Source: Candidatus Lloydbacteria bacterium (GTDB lineage: Bacteria; Patescibacteriota; Minisyncoccia; Phycocordibacterales; UBA6899). Taken from it: a DNA stretch of 64,000 nucleotides. Positions 9,644 to 19,566 of the stretch are shown here, one piece after another. The translations under genes were made by a program, and so were the position numbers. The stretch is from NCBI GenBank assembly GCA_043719805.1, contig JAYSTI010000001.1, positions 80,230-144,229 on the forward strand, read 5' to 3'. The notes under the pieces were generated by a model. It was not told the origin of the DNA and did not search any database. It worked only from the letters and a program-made list of their open reading frames with translations. The first letter of the stretch is position 1. Each line of letters opens with the position of its first letter.

Positions 9644-9728
9644 AGGGCCCAAAGGGTCCCTCAACCCACGGCAGCCTTCATTGGTTGCCGTTCTTTTTTA
9701 CCTTAATTACGATATACTACAGAGACAA

Positions 9729-9983
9729 ATGCCACCATCACCCTTCATGTTAGGAGAAATAGGACTTCAAATAACCATCTCGCCGATGTTCATCTTTATC
9801 GTTGCTGGACTTATTCTCGCCGGATGGCTTATCTTCACCACCATTGTTCGCTACCACTGGAAGAGCTACGGTACGGGTGGGGTACAAATATTCACCATGA
9901 ATTTCTTCTATATTTCAGGATCAGCCATCCTTGGCGGGCTCATGATATTATCCGCGGTTTCGTATTTCATCTCCGCACAATGA
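9729..9983 (+). CDS. small membrane protein (84 aa)
   Basis: -10-like TATACT upstream; two hydrophobic helices; stop overlaps the next start (ATGA). Confidence 0.5.
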   Translation: MPPSPFMLGEIGLQITISPMFIFIVAGLILAGWLIFTTIVRYHWKSYGTGGVQIFTMNFFYISGSAILGGLMILSAVSYFISAQ

Positions 9984-10564
9984 TTGAGATAGACGACAGT
10001 GAAAAAATAATTCGCGTCGTACGCAGGCACTGGTTCGTCCTCCTTGGAGATATTTTCATTCTAGCGTTTTTCTTCATGTTACCGGTCGTCGGACTTATCG
10101 TTTTTCATATCATTCCCACTGAGGCGCTCCTCCATTTTGCCGGCAATCAAGCATATGCCGCCTTTTTCTTTCTGTTCGCGTGGCTCTTTGTTGTCTGGAT
10201 GATGGGTTGGAACATGTGGACGGATTACTATCTTGACGTACTCATCATCACCGACAAGCGTATCTTCGATATCAACCAAATTGGGCTTTTCCGACGCGAA
10301 TCTTCTTCTTTCCGCATCGACAAAATTCAAAACGTGAGCGTCAATCAGGTCGGCATCATTCAAACGTTACTCGATTTTGGGACGATAAAATTGGAAACCG
10401 CAGGAGAGAGCGAGGACTTCACCGCTAGTTACATCGCCAACCCATACGAAATCAAAAAATTTATCAACGAGAGCCAGGACCGCGAGGTTGAGCGCTCACA
10501 ACTCGTACATCTCGCTCGAGAAGGAACAGAAAAACTCACCGACTCGGATAGTAAAGGACTCTAA
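9980..10564 (+). CDS. membrane protein with bacterial PH domain (bPH_2 / YdbT-like, 194 aa)
   Basis: Two N-terminal TM helices followed by a conserved region typical of the bPH_2/DUF304 family; start ATG overlaps the previous stop. Confidence 0.65.
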   Translation: MIEIDDSEKIIRVVRRHWFVLLGDIFILAFFFMLPVVGLIVFHIIPTEALLHFAGNQAYAAFFFLFAWLFVVWMMGWNMWTDYYLDVLIITDKRIFDINQIGLFRRESSSFRIDKIQNVSVNQVGIIQTLLDFGTIKLETAGESEDFTASYIANPYEIKKFINESQDREVERSQLVHLAREGTEKLTDSDSKGL

Positions 10565-10573
10565 TTTAATACC

Positions 10574-12619
10574 ATGAACAAAAAACAACAGCCGCCGGCG
10601 CAAAAAAGGCCCGCGCACAAAAAGGGTGGGTTTGATCACCGACAAAAAACCGTGCACATGGGCAGTAGCCCGACGCCGCACACAAAATTTCCGACGAAGC
10701 ATGCCGTAGAGGGCACTATTCGTGTCAACGCAAAAGGCGTGGGCTACGTTGAAGTTGAAGGAATGAAAGAAGATATTGAGATTGACGGAACAAGTTTGAA
10801 TACAGCACTCGACAGAGACCGCGTGAAAATAGTGCTCTACGGAAAATCGGCCAATGCACGCCAGGGCGGCGAGGTCACGGAAATTCTCTTTCGCAACAAA
10901 ACCAAATTCGTTGGCGTGCTGGAGATGAACGGAGGCAGCTATTTTTTGCAACCGGACGATTTCAAAATGTACCGCACGATACTTATCCCCGCGGAGATGC
11001 TGAGCGGTGCACAGGTGGGGCAAAAAATATTCGTGAACATGAAAGAATGGAATGACCCCAAGTTCGATCCGACCGGAGAGGTCATCAAAATTCTCGGGAA
11101 GCCGGACGAGCACAACGTTGAGATGGAAGCCATTGTCCTCGAGCGTGGTTTCGACATGTCGTTTGACCTCGATGTCACGGAGGCGGCAGAGCAAATTCCC
11201 CTCGCAATTCCGAGTGAGGAAATTGCCCGTCGCATCGCCTCCCCTATCGGGCGGGACTTCCGTGACACACTGACCTTCACCATCGACCCGCATGACGCAA
11301 AAGATTTCGACGACGCACTGTCGTGGAAGAAGCTCCCGGACGGAAACATCGAGGTGGGCGTCCATATTGCAGACGTTTCACATTACGTGACACCACACAC
11401 ACGACTCGACAAAGAAGCCGTCGAGCGTGGTACTTCTATCTACCTCGTCGACCGCACTATTCCCATGCTCCCCGAGCGACTCAGTAACGGCATTTGCTCA
11501 CTTGTCCCCAATGAGGACCGCCTCACATTTTCTACAGTCTTTACGATGAGTAAATCCGGTGAAGTACTCGGCGAATGGTTCGGAAAAACCATCATTCATT
11601 CACAACGACGATTCTCTTATGAAGAGGCGCAAGAAGTCATCGACAAAAAAAGCGGTGACTGCGTCGAGGCCCTCCTCTCGCTGAATGACATGGCCAAACA
11701 TATCCGCACGAAGCGCATTGCCGACGGCGCAATCGCATTTGAAACACAGGAAGTAAAGTTCGAGCTCGACCCAAACGGTAAGCCGCTTCGTGTCATGAAG
11801 AAGGTCACCCAAGACACCAACAAGCTCATCGAGGAATACATGTTGCTCGCAAACAAGCATGTCGCCTCGCTCATCGCACAAAAAGACACGCGCGCCGAGA
11901 TGGTGTTCGTCTATCGCGTCCACGATGCACCGAACGAGGAGCGAATGCAAGACCTGCGCGATTTTCTCATGGGTATCGGCTACGACCTGAAACTCGATAA
12001 ATTTGGACAAGTGACCTCGAAGAACATCAATAAGATGCTCGAGGAAGTGCGCGGACGCGCAGAAGAAGCGATGATACAAATAGCTACCATTCGCTCAATG
12101 GCGAAGGCGGTATATGCAACAAAAAATATCGGGCACTTCGGTCTGGGTTTTGAATTCTATACACACTTCACCTCCCCCATCCGCCGCTACCCCGACCTCA
12201 TGGTGCACAGGCTTCTCGAAAGCTATCTCTTGGGCCACACCGTACCGAAAAAGGCACTCGAAGAGCAAGAGCATCTCTCACGCTATTGCTCGCAGATGGA
12301 AGTCGGCGCAGCAGAGGCCGAGCGCGCATCTATCCGCTACAAACAATGCGAATATTTTGCCGACCGCATCGGACTCGAGCTTGCGGGAACTATTTCCGGA
12401 GTCACCGAATGGGGCATCTACGTTGAGGACCCCGAGACCAAGACCGAGGGCATGGTGCACGTGCGCGACATCCCCAACGACTTTTATTTCTTTGAACAGA
12501 AAAATTATCGCCTTGTCGGAAAAACACACAAAAAATCCTATCGCCTTGGCGATAAGGTCCGGGTGAAAATTGCCACTGTTGATCTCAAAAAGAAATTGAT
12601 CGGAATGAAGCTCATTTGA
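10574..12619 (+). CDS. rnr: ribonuclease R (RNB family 3'-5' exoribonuclease with C-terminal S1 domain)
   Basis: RNB catalytic region motifs (HFGLGFEFYTHFTSPIRRYPDLMVHR), N-terminal cold-shock-like region and C-terminal S1-like domain. Confidence 0.9.
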   Translation: MNKKQQPPAQKRPAHKKGGFDHRQKTVHMGSSPTPHTKFPTKHAVEGTIRVNAKGVGYVEVEGMKEDIEIDGTSLNTALDRDRVKIVLYGKSANARQGGEVTEILFRNKTKFVGVLEMNGGSYFLQPDDFKMYRTILIPAEMLSGAQVGQKIFVNMKEWNDPKFDPTGEVIKILGKPDEHNVEMEAIVLERGFDMSFDLDVTEAAEQIPLAIPSEEIARRIASPIGRDFRDTLTFTIDPHDAKDFDDALSWKKLPDGNIEVGVHIADVSHYVTPHTRLDKEAVERGTSIYLVDRTIPMLPERLSNGICSLVPNEDRLTFSTVFTMSKSGEVLGEWFGKTIIHSQRRFSYEEAQEVIDKKSGDCVEALLSLNDMAKHIRTKRIADGAIAFETQEVKFELDPNGKPLRVMKKVTQDTNKLIEEYMLLANKHVASLIAQKDTRAEMVFVYRVHDAPNEERMQDLRDFLMGIGYDLKLDKFGQVTSKNINKMLEEVRGRAEEAMIQIATIRSMAKAVYATKNIGHFGLGFEFYTHFTSPIRRYPDLMVHRLLESYLLGHTVPKKALEEQEHLSRYCSQMEVGAAEAERASIRYKQCEYFADRIGLELAGTISGVTEWGIYVEDPETKTEGMVHVRDIPNDFYFFEQKNYRLVGKTHKKSYRLGDKVRVKIATVDLKKKLIGMKLI

Positions 12620-12654
12620 GTGAAGTTTGGAGCGCAGCCTCATGCGGCATTCAC

Positions 12655-12683
12655 AAAAAGAAAAACAGGCAAATTTGCCTGTG
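12655..12683 (-). terminator. intrinsic terminator for the HD-GYP gene
   Basis: acaggcaaatttgcctgt hairpin with T-run in minus orientation. Confidence 0.45.
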
Positions 12684-12696
12684 GTGCCCTCTATGC

Positions 12697-13335
12697 CTAT
12701 ATGGTAAGAATGTTCGCCTCATACAATGCTGACACCAACGGTGCTCTGTCGGGATTGAGCTCGTGCATCAATCTACGAATCTCTGCGCCATCGAGCATTC
12801 TTGTCTCGCCGAATTTGTCATTCACGCGATGCAATGCATCGTACACATCAGCGAGCGCGACGATCCGTGCATATTCCCCAATAAGCAATTGCGTACTTGG
12901 CGAATAGTCATGAAGAAATTTCGGCAAGTTTTTCGGATATCCATTCTCTTGGAATGAGTGATGTCTCACCATCGTGTCTGCGGTGAAATCAAACCTCCCA
13001 CGGAGCAAGCGGTATCCGTCCATCACGTGGCCCCTGATTGCACGCTGGTCCGCCTTTGACCACCGCTCCGTTTTCCCGAGTACGTGAGTGCATACCTGGC
13101 ACTTCCCCAAGTCGTGCAGTACTCCGGCCATGAGCAGTGGGCGTTCCTCGTGATGAGTAAACCTCCCGATTTTTTGAGCGAGGAGCCCTACGCGGAGCGA
13201 GTGTAAATAGTGCACGTGCGTGACGACGCTTTTGTCACGCAACGGAGCAAGGAACGCAAAAAGTGCGCGTTGGTTCTCTTCACTGATTCTGACATCGGCA
13301 CACGCGGCTTCAAATTCTACTTCGGTGTCACCCAT
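12697..13335 (-). CDS. stand-alone HD-GYP domain phosphohydrolase (212 aa)
   Basis: HD motif (VLHDLGK), HH and GYP motifs (VRHHSFQENGYPKNL); GGGAG ribosome-binding site. Confidence 0.75.
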   Translation of the reverse strand: MGDTEVEFEAACADVRISEENQRALFAFLAPLRDKSVVTHVHYLHSLRVGLLAQKIGRFTHHEERPLLMAGVLHDLGKCQVCTHVLGKTERWSKADQRAIRGHVMDGYRLLRGRFDFTADTMVRHHSFQENGYPKNLPKFLHDYSPSTQLLIGEYARIVALADVYDALHRVNDKFGETRMLDGAEIRRLMHELNPDRAPLVSALYEANILTI

Positions 13336-13450
13336 GAACTACTCCCAATGCTACTGTCTGTTTTTAAGCTAACACGAGTTATCGTGTTTGGCAAATAATT
13401 GCAAGAAAAAACCCGCTCCATCGGCAGGTTTTTGTTTTTGAGACAATCAG

Positions 13451-14066
13451 CTATTTCTTCGGGGTTTTTCGGTTGAGGAGAATGATTCGTCCGTGTAGCT
13501 GCATCATCTGCCTGCTCGCTTTTCCTTCATGGGTGTCCATAAGCTTCACCGATACGTAGTGATGCTCCGCGCGCAACAATCTATCGATTGAATCATGTCC
13601 GACCAGCTGTGCGGCACGCACGTCGTTGGCATGCTCACAGGCATTGTATGCTGCCGCATCGCGCACTTTCAGATGCACATCGCAGGAAGTTCCAGCGCCC
13701 TGGATGATGCGAGCAATCTCGATCGCGACCGCCGGACGTACGTCAGTTATCATCGCCCGACGAAAGGACTCGTCGAAAGCGACAAAAAAAGAATTTTTCA
13801 CCTCCCACCTGCTTCATCTGTGTTTGCAGAAATACAAATGGGTCCAAATTTCCCGTACAAATTACCGGGGTTGCGACAATCCCCGCTTTCAAAAGTAATT
13901 CTTTTGTGACCTCTGCCGCCTGCACATCTCGAGCCAAGCGCCAGTCACTTGCCCCGAAGATGAGACCGCACTCTCTATCCTGAGGGGCCGTGGAGGCATT
14001 CTCTGTTGCAAATGCAGGTACCGACAAGATGAGAGCAGCGATCATCACGAATGTCCGAATCATCAT
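13451..14066 (-). pseudogene. secreted hypothetical protein, apparently frameshifted at an A7/T7 homopolymer (13784..13790)
   Basis: ORFs 13743..14081 (signal peptide MMIRTFVMIAALILSVPAFA) and 13451..13801 overlap in different frames exactly across a 7-nt homopolymer; a 1-nt indel would fuse them into one ORF of about 205 aa. Confidence 0.5.
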
Positions 14067-14163
14067 TATTCCCTTTAACAAAGTCTGTCTAGAAGATTAT
14101 CATAGTGATCAGAATTCTCAAAAACATCCCGATACGCTGAGGTGGGGAGGTAAGATAGCGGAT

Positions 14164-14192
14164 AAAAAAACACCTTATTGAAAAGGTGTTCT
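14164..14192 (-). terminator. intrinsic terminator
   Basis: aacacctt-attgaaa-aaggtgtt with T7 in minus orientation. Confidence 0.5.
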
Positions 14193-14195
14193 ACA

Positions 14196-14555
14196 TCAGG
14201 AAAAGAAATATGCCGCGATCTTTCCCGCGATGAGGATGACGAGAAAGATTGCTCCCATCGGTCTGCGGAACATGTCCGCCCACAAGTCTGCATAACGCAT
14301 CCATGAAAGCGGGAATGTTCCGATGCAATCGTTGTTCGCCCAAGCGAGACGCTTCTTTTCGCGTCGGTCAAAGTAACGATTCGAAGCGCTTCCGCACGCG
14401 CCAATGATGCCCGCCTCGAGGACAACAAAGAGAAGTGACGAGTGGTATCCGAGAAGAAAGGAAAACACCCATAGGCAGATGAGGTCAAAGATGACCGTCA
14501 AGAGGAGCAACTCATTGTCACGTGCGGAAAAAAAATACCAAAGCGTTGAAATCAT
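14196..14555 (-). CDS. putative membrane protein (about 119 aa from the internal ATG)
   Basis: Hydrophobic segments; upstream part of the ORF-track entry is likely non-coding. Confidence 0.4.
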   Translation of the reverse strand: MISTLWYFFSARDNELLLLTVIFDLICLWVFSFLLGYHSSLLFVVLEAGIIGACGSASNRYFDRREKKRLAWANNDCIGTFPLSWMRYADLWADMFRRPMGAIFLVILIAGKIAAYFFS

Positions 14556-14692
14556 GGGGGCGCACTCCAGGGAACTTACTATATTTAGGCTATCAAATAT
14601 TAGTAATATCGTCGACCTGAGAGCTTGATTGAAGCGCAAGTTACCATTACAATTGCTCAAGACTTGTTTTTCCAACGTTTTCAACGAGAAGG

Positions 14693-14953
14693 ATGGATTT
14701 GATGAAGAAAGACCAAGGGCCAATCGTATTGGTTGTCCGTAGCGGCCATCGGACCACGAAGGCCATCCTGGCAATCCTCAATCGCGCCGAATGCGTTGTC
14801 GGCGAACCCGGAGAAAGCACACTCAGGCTCGTCGGCTACGAAGAAGGCAACGCCCATGCGGACATCGCCATGATCCAGTACACCGAGCCGGGTATGCGGG
14901 TGCGGTACCTGGAAGCACTGATGAAGGTTGGTGGCGTCGACGCCGCTGGATGA
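14693..14953 (+). CDS. hypothetical small protein (86 aa), locally GC-rich
   Basis: GAAGGA ribosome-binding site; high GC3; terminator hairpin plus T-run immediately downstream. Confidence 0.45.
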   Translation: MDLMKKDQGPIVLVVRSGHRTTKAILAILNRAECVVGEPGESTLRLVGYEEGNAHADIAMIQYTEPGMRVRYLEALMKVGGVDAAG

Positions 14954-14961
14954 AACACGAA

Positions 14962-14990
14962 GACCCCGCAACCGCGGGATCTATTTTTTA
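14962..14990 (+). terminator. intrinsic terminator
   Basis: cccgc-aacc-gcggg followed by atctatttttta. Confidence 0.5.
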
Positions 14991-15089
14991 GATAAAGTGA
15001 GATCAAAATATAATTCCGCCCACTTCTTTGATGTCCCCCTTCTTGCGGGAGCGATATGCCTTCCATTTTTTCCACGCTGCTCATTTGCT

Positions 15090-15725
15090 TTAACTAATTG
15101 CACCTGGAAACAATTCCTTGAAACGCTCCCGTGTTTCAATGTACCAGTCAGGAACTTCACCACCAGCAAATTCCTGCTCAGCTAATGCAAAGATGTCCTT
15201 GAACAGTTCAAGCCTTGAGAGATCGGACTTGAAGACAAATATGTCTGTAGACGACTGACTCCAATTACCATATTTACTATTATCGAATCGATTTTCATGT
15301 TGGTATCGCGTGTACAGTGCGTGGAATCTTGGATGCCCAATTTCAGAAAGAAACTCTCTTTGTGGAGGAGAGAAACTCATCTCTTGTGAATAATTTTCGC
15401 GATTTGCATCATCTACATTGTTTGCTTCTGGGCTAAATTTTTTCAACCACGCGAGATACTCGATTCGCTTATCGAGCTCCCCTTGATTTTTCGGTCCCGT
15501 TACCCACTCTCGTTCTTTTTGTGCTTCCTCAAGCTGCGAACAAATCGTCAGATACGGAGGAAAAACATCGGGAAACCCCGCTTCTCCTTCAGGAACAAGA
15601 ATATACGACTCATCATGATGCGGAACACCAAGTTCAATCGGCATAGAAATATTGATTATATTTTTAACAGCACCACGCAAACAATGGAACCATTTCGTAA
15701 CGCTTGTATTAGTATACAACCCCAT
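15090..15725 (-). CDS. hypothetical protein (211 aa) in an AT-richer segment
   Basis: Long ORF; composition differs from its neighbours. Confidence 0.55.
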   Translation of the reverse strand: MGLYTNTSVTKWFHCLRGAVKNIINISMPIELGVPHHDESYILVPEGEAGFPDVFPPYLTICSQLEEAQKEREWVTGPKNQGELDKRIEYLAWLKKFSPEANNVDDANRENYSQEMSFSPPQREFLSEIGHPRFHALYTRYQHENRFDNSKYGNWSQSSTDIFVFKSDLSRLELFKDIFALAEQEFAGGEVPDWYIETRERFKELFPGAIS

Positions 15726-15792
15726 TACGATTTAGCAAATGCAGATAGTGTCGCACTGCATTGTGACGATGTTGGCTCTGCAAGAGAGACAT

Positions 15793-15950
15793 ATACTTTG
15801 AATATGTCCGCCGGACCACTCGCCAAAGTCAACAATGCAGTGCGTACAAGTAGAGAATAACTTTCGTTTTTGGATGAAGTTCGAGACGACAAATGTGTGA
15901 TGTTCGGGAGGGCATACGTTGAGTATGTCCTCCGAACTCGCGCATGCAGT
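15793..15950. repeat. two about 40-nt direct repeats, each with an internal hairpin
   Basis: gacatatactttgaatatgtccgccggaccactcgcc (15793..15835) and ggcatacgttgagtatgtcctccgaactcgcgc (15908..15950) share pattern and palindrome; they lie between the smc 3' end and the start of the 211-aa gene. Confidence 0.35.
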
Positions 15951-15978
15951 CGACGAAGAAATTCGCCAAAAATGGAAG

Positions 15979-18246
15979 TTATTTTGCGATCTCGGCGGCT
16001 TCTTCGAATGCGAGGGAGAGGACTTTTGAAACAGCGTCCGTACCCATCGTGATGCCATAGAGGACTCCTGCACGACTCATCGTTTCGCGATTGTGCGTGA
16101 TGACCATCAGTTGTGAGAGTTTTGCGAGATTTTCTATCATATCCCCGTACTTGCGTGAGTTCGCCTCATCGAGTGCAGCGTCGGTCTCGTCCAAGACCAT
16201 AAATGGAGGAGGATTGACCTGAGAGATGGCAAAGAGGAGTGCGATGGACGTAAGCGCACGTTCTCCACCGGAAAGCATTTGAAGCCCTTTTATCTTCTTG
16301 TGCGGTAAGGACACGGCGATATCTATTCCCTCCTCGTCGTCTTCTTCATCGTCGGGAACGATATCCCCGGGCACGTCGGAAAGGTCGAGGTCGGTGTCAC
16401 GGCGTTTGCGTTTCTCTATTTTCACGATAAAGAGCTCGGCCACGCCGCCGCCGAACATAAGGCGGAAGAAATCCCCGAACTGATGATTGATCTTTTTTAC
16501 ACCGGACTTGAATTCTGTATCGAGCTTCACATTCAGCTCCGCGATGAGTTCGTAGAGTGACTGCTGAGTCTGCACGAGGTCGGCTATCTCTTTTTCGAGA
16601 TATGCGTCACGCTCGATGGTGTCGGTATATTCTTTCTCTGCATCATCGCCGCCCGCAGCGCCGATATCTTCGAGGCGTATCTTGCCGCGCTCAATCTCTC
16701 GTCTTCGTGTCTCCTGTGCATCGCGTGACTCTCCGCGTACTTCATCTACCGTGATCTGCACAGCAGAATAATCAAGGACTGCCTGTCCGAGAAGCACGCC
16801 TGCTTCGTTCAGCTCTTCTTCAAGGCGGCGGGACTCACGTGCGAGATTCTCTTCTTCGTTGCGCATGCGGTCGAGCGTGTTCTGGAGTTCACCGCGTCGC
16901 GACATCATCTCGAAAAGCGCACGCTCGGTGTCACGCGAGTATTCTTTTTCCTGGTCGATCTCGGACTTCACCGTCTGATACTCACCTTCCATAACTCGGG
17001 ATTCCTCCGCTACGCCACGAAGGGATTCATCCACCTTGGCCTTCTCCTCGCGGAGCACGTGCACCTCAAGATAGTCCGCATCGGTGAGCGTCTTCTGTCC
17101 GGCCTCGGTCTTATGATGTGCGATAAATCCGCGCACGGCGTCCCTGATGCGCCCGAGTGCCCCCTTGATGTAATTGACGTCGTCGGAACCTTCCGCATTC
17201 GACAGCTCTTGTTCGATGGTACTTTGGAGCCCCTCAACTTCGCCAAGCCGGATGGGTACGTCTTCCTGATGTGCAAATGACTCCTGCTTTTTGCGGAGCT
17301 GCTTCTCCTCGTATTCGATCATGCCCTCAACGCGTCCGAGTGTGCGCGAAAGCTCATCGTGACGCGCGCGTGCTCCACGAAGCCTCGATTCGACATCGAG
17401 CAATCGCTGACTCTTCTCATCGCCGGCACTTTCTTTTGCGAGCTCTCCGCGCGCATGCTCTATCTTCACATTCAGATCCGCGAGCTCTCCCGCGGGCACG
17501 TGCTTTCTCCCTGCGATATCATTTGTCTTGTATTCGCAATACATCTCCTCGCGTTTCAGATATTCGCGATAGAGGCCTATCAATCGCTCGCGCAGTTCCC
17601 GCCCTTCGTTTATCTTCTCGACTTGTTTTTTCAAAAATCGCAGATGCGGGGCAATCTCGCGGCGGAGCGCCTCTGCTTCTTTCATGTTCTCTTCCGTCTT
17701 CTCGAGCCTGCGCTCACTCTCTGCGCGTTTGTATTGGTATATTTTCAAACCCAGGGCATCCTCGAGCATTTCTCTTCGCTCTTTCGGATTGGCGTTCAGT
17801 ATGCGGTCTGCTTCGCCCTGCGAGATCATGTGGTGACCCGACGAACCGATATGCACTGAAGCAAGCAGCTCGAAGACGTCTTTCAATCGCACCTGCGAGC
17901 CGTTGATAAAATATTGATTGGTGCCGTCGCGGTACACCTCGCGTGCGATAGCGACCTCGTCGAAATCCAACGGAAATTCTCGTTTTGAATTGTCGAAGAC
18001 AATAGTGACGTTCGCCCGGTTTGCGCGACCCGCTGATTGGGAGCCGTTGAAGATGAGGTCTTCGCCGCGCTTCCCGCGCATCGACTTCATGGACTGCTCA
18101 CCAAGCACAAAGCGTATACCTTCGGCGATGTTGGACTTACCGGAACCATTCGGGCCGACGACTGAGGTGATCTGCGAGTTGAATTCCAAAACCACCTTTT
18201 TTCCAAAAGACTTGAAGCCGAACAGTTCCAACCGTTTCAGTCTCAT
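15979..18246 (-). CDS. smc: SMC-family chromosome segregation ATPase, short form (755 aa)
   Basis: N-terminal Walker A (GPNGSGKSN), long coiled-coil, C-terminal signature LSGGERALTSIALLFA and Walker B FMVLDETDAALD; close to rnc as in the classical rnc-smc cluster. Confidence 0.7.
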   Translation of the reverse strand: MRLKRLELFGFKSFGKKVVLEFNSQITSVVGPNGSGKSNIAEGIRFVLGEQSMKSMRGKRGEDLIFNGSQSAGRANRANVTIVFDNSKREFPLDFDEVAIAREVYRDGTNQYFINGSQVRLKDVFELLASVHIGSSGHHMISQGEADRILNANPKERREMLEDALGLKIYQYKRAESERRLEKTEENMKEAEALRREIAPHLRFLKKQVEKINEGRELRERLIGLYREYLKREEMYCEYKTNDIAGRKHVPAGELADLNVKIEHARGELAKESAGDEKSQRLLDVESRLRGARARHDELSRTLGRVEGMIEYEEKQLRKKQESFAHQEDVPIRLGEVEGLQSTIEQELSNAEGSDDVNYIKGALGRIRDAVRGFIAHHKTEAGQKTLTDADYLEVHVLREEKAKVDESLRGVAEESRVMEGEYQTVKSEIDQEKEYSRDTERALFEMMSRRGELQNTLDRMRNEEENLARESRRLEEELNEAGVLLGQAVLDYSAVQITVDEVRGESRDAQETRRREIERGKIRLEDIGAAGGDDAEKEYTDTIERDAYLEKEIADLVQTQQSLYELIAELNVKLDTEFKSGVKKINHQFGDFFRLMFGGGVAELFIVKIEKRKRRDTDLDLSDVPGDIVPDDEEDDEEGIDIAVSLPHKKIKGLQMLSGGERALTSIALLFAISQVNPPPFMVLDETDAALDEANSRKYGDMIENLAKLSQLMVITHNRETMSRAGVLYGITMGTDAVSKVLSLAFEEAAEIAK

Positions 18247-18649
18247 ACAATAGAACTTTCATATTTGGCGAATTTCTTCGTTGCCAGCGGTCGTGAGTCT
18301 CCTAAACGTAATAACACATACGTCTCGGAGACATCACTTCCTTGCCGCCTCAAACTTCATCCAACTCTGAAAGTTCTATTATTTTAGCACGTTATTTCGG
18401 ATTGCGGCCTAAAAACTGGGGAAAAGAGCAAATAGGAAAGCCGTCTTGGGAGACGGCTTCTCGTGACAGCCTTCTGGGCTTTTTGGACGGATTCACTCCA
18501 CGATACACGCGGCCCGGTGCTCGTGGTCCCCGTTTCATTTCAGTTCATGTTCTCATTGATTGGCCAACTCCTTTGTAGGAATGTTCCGAAGAACGGTGTT
18601 TGACAATGATAGCACGATATCTATCTTCTGTCAAGCATTTATCGGAATG

Positions 18650-18676
18650 AAAAAACCGGGGCAACGCGCTCCGGTC
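18650..18676 (-). terminator. intrinsic terminator
   Basis: accgg-(11 nt)-ccggt with T6 in minus orientation. Confidence 0.4.
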
Positions 18677-18693
18677 TGTGAATCTGTCTTTGC

Positions 18694-19566
18694 TCAGGCA
18701 GTGATGAGTGTCGTGTAGTAGGGCTTCCCGACGCCGACTTCGCCATGCACGTTTTTCTCGTCGACGAAAAGAACTTCGTGCCCCGCACTCCGTGCGACAA
18801 ACTTGATGAGGCCACGAGGACATTTTTCGCCGAGGACGACCGCTTCAGACTGCGCGAGCAGTGAATCAGTGTGCGCGGAAAAAAAGTGCGGCCGCATGAG
18901 GAACAGTTGAAGCATCTGATGCAACGACATGTGGGTGCATCCACTGCGCTTCACCGACTCGTCGGCACGTGCGATGGAAACATCCTTCAGCCCGCGTCCC
19001 CCGTTTATCCCGACGAGGATGTATGGGGTTTCGGGAGAAGCTTTTCCGTTTGCGCGTACTTCAGTGTGCAAGGTATCAAATTCGACGGAAATATCCCCGC
19101 CCAAGAATTCCGCCAACAGTCGGCGGACCGGGACCATGCGTTCCGGGAGAACCAAGAGCAGGGTGTATTCCCCGTCACGCATCGGATGCTTTGACGGATA
19201 CTCGAAAAATGTTTCCGCGCGAAGAACGAGTGGTGCGAGTGCAAATCGGAATGACTCCTCCGTGTACCCCGCGACATCGTGAAGGCCGAGCGCGATGTAT
19301 CGATCGATCTGCTCTTCGAGTCGCGTAGAAACGTACTCGAGGGTTTGCTCGTGGTAATTGACTTCGACCGCATCTGCGACCGCACGGACGAGAGACATCG
19401 CCATCTTGGGATTCGGGCGCCCGTCCCTGTCGTGCGCAAACTGGTACCGGTCGATCACCTGGGTGATCTCGGCCACAAGCCGCTGATGAATGTCGCTGAA
19501 ACTTTGATCACTCGACACTGCGGTGAGTGTGGGTTTTCTGCCATCGGACATTACTGTCTCCTTCAT
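18694..19566 (-). CDS. hypothetical protein (about 291 aa) inserted between rnc and smc
   Basis: ATG at 19566 preceded by GAAGG; upstream part of the ORF-track entry starts at a TTG; no recognisable motifs. Confidence 0.6.
   Translation of the reverse strand: MKETVMSDGRKPTLTAVSSDQSFSDIHQRLVAEITQVIDRYQFAHDRDGRPNPKMAMSLVRAVADAVEVNYHEQTLEYVSTRLEEQIDRYIALGLHDVAGYTEESFRFALAPLVLRAETFFEYPSKHPMRDGEYTLLLVLPERMVPVRRLLAEFLGGDISVEFDTLHTEVRANGKASPETPYILVGINGGRGLKDVSIARADESVKRSGCTHMSLHQMLQLFLMRPHFFSAHTDSLLAQSEAVVLGEKCPRGLIKFVARSAGHEVLFVDEKNVHGEVGVGKPYYTTLITA

Noticed and set aside
10496-11365. 289-aa minus-strand ORF inside rnr
   Set aside because: Antisense to a well-supported RNase R gene; no motifs.
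17271-17906. 211-aa and 166-aa + strand ORFs inside smc
   Set aside because: Antisense shadow ORFs within the SMC coiled-coil region.
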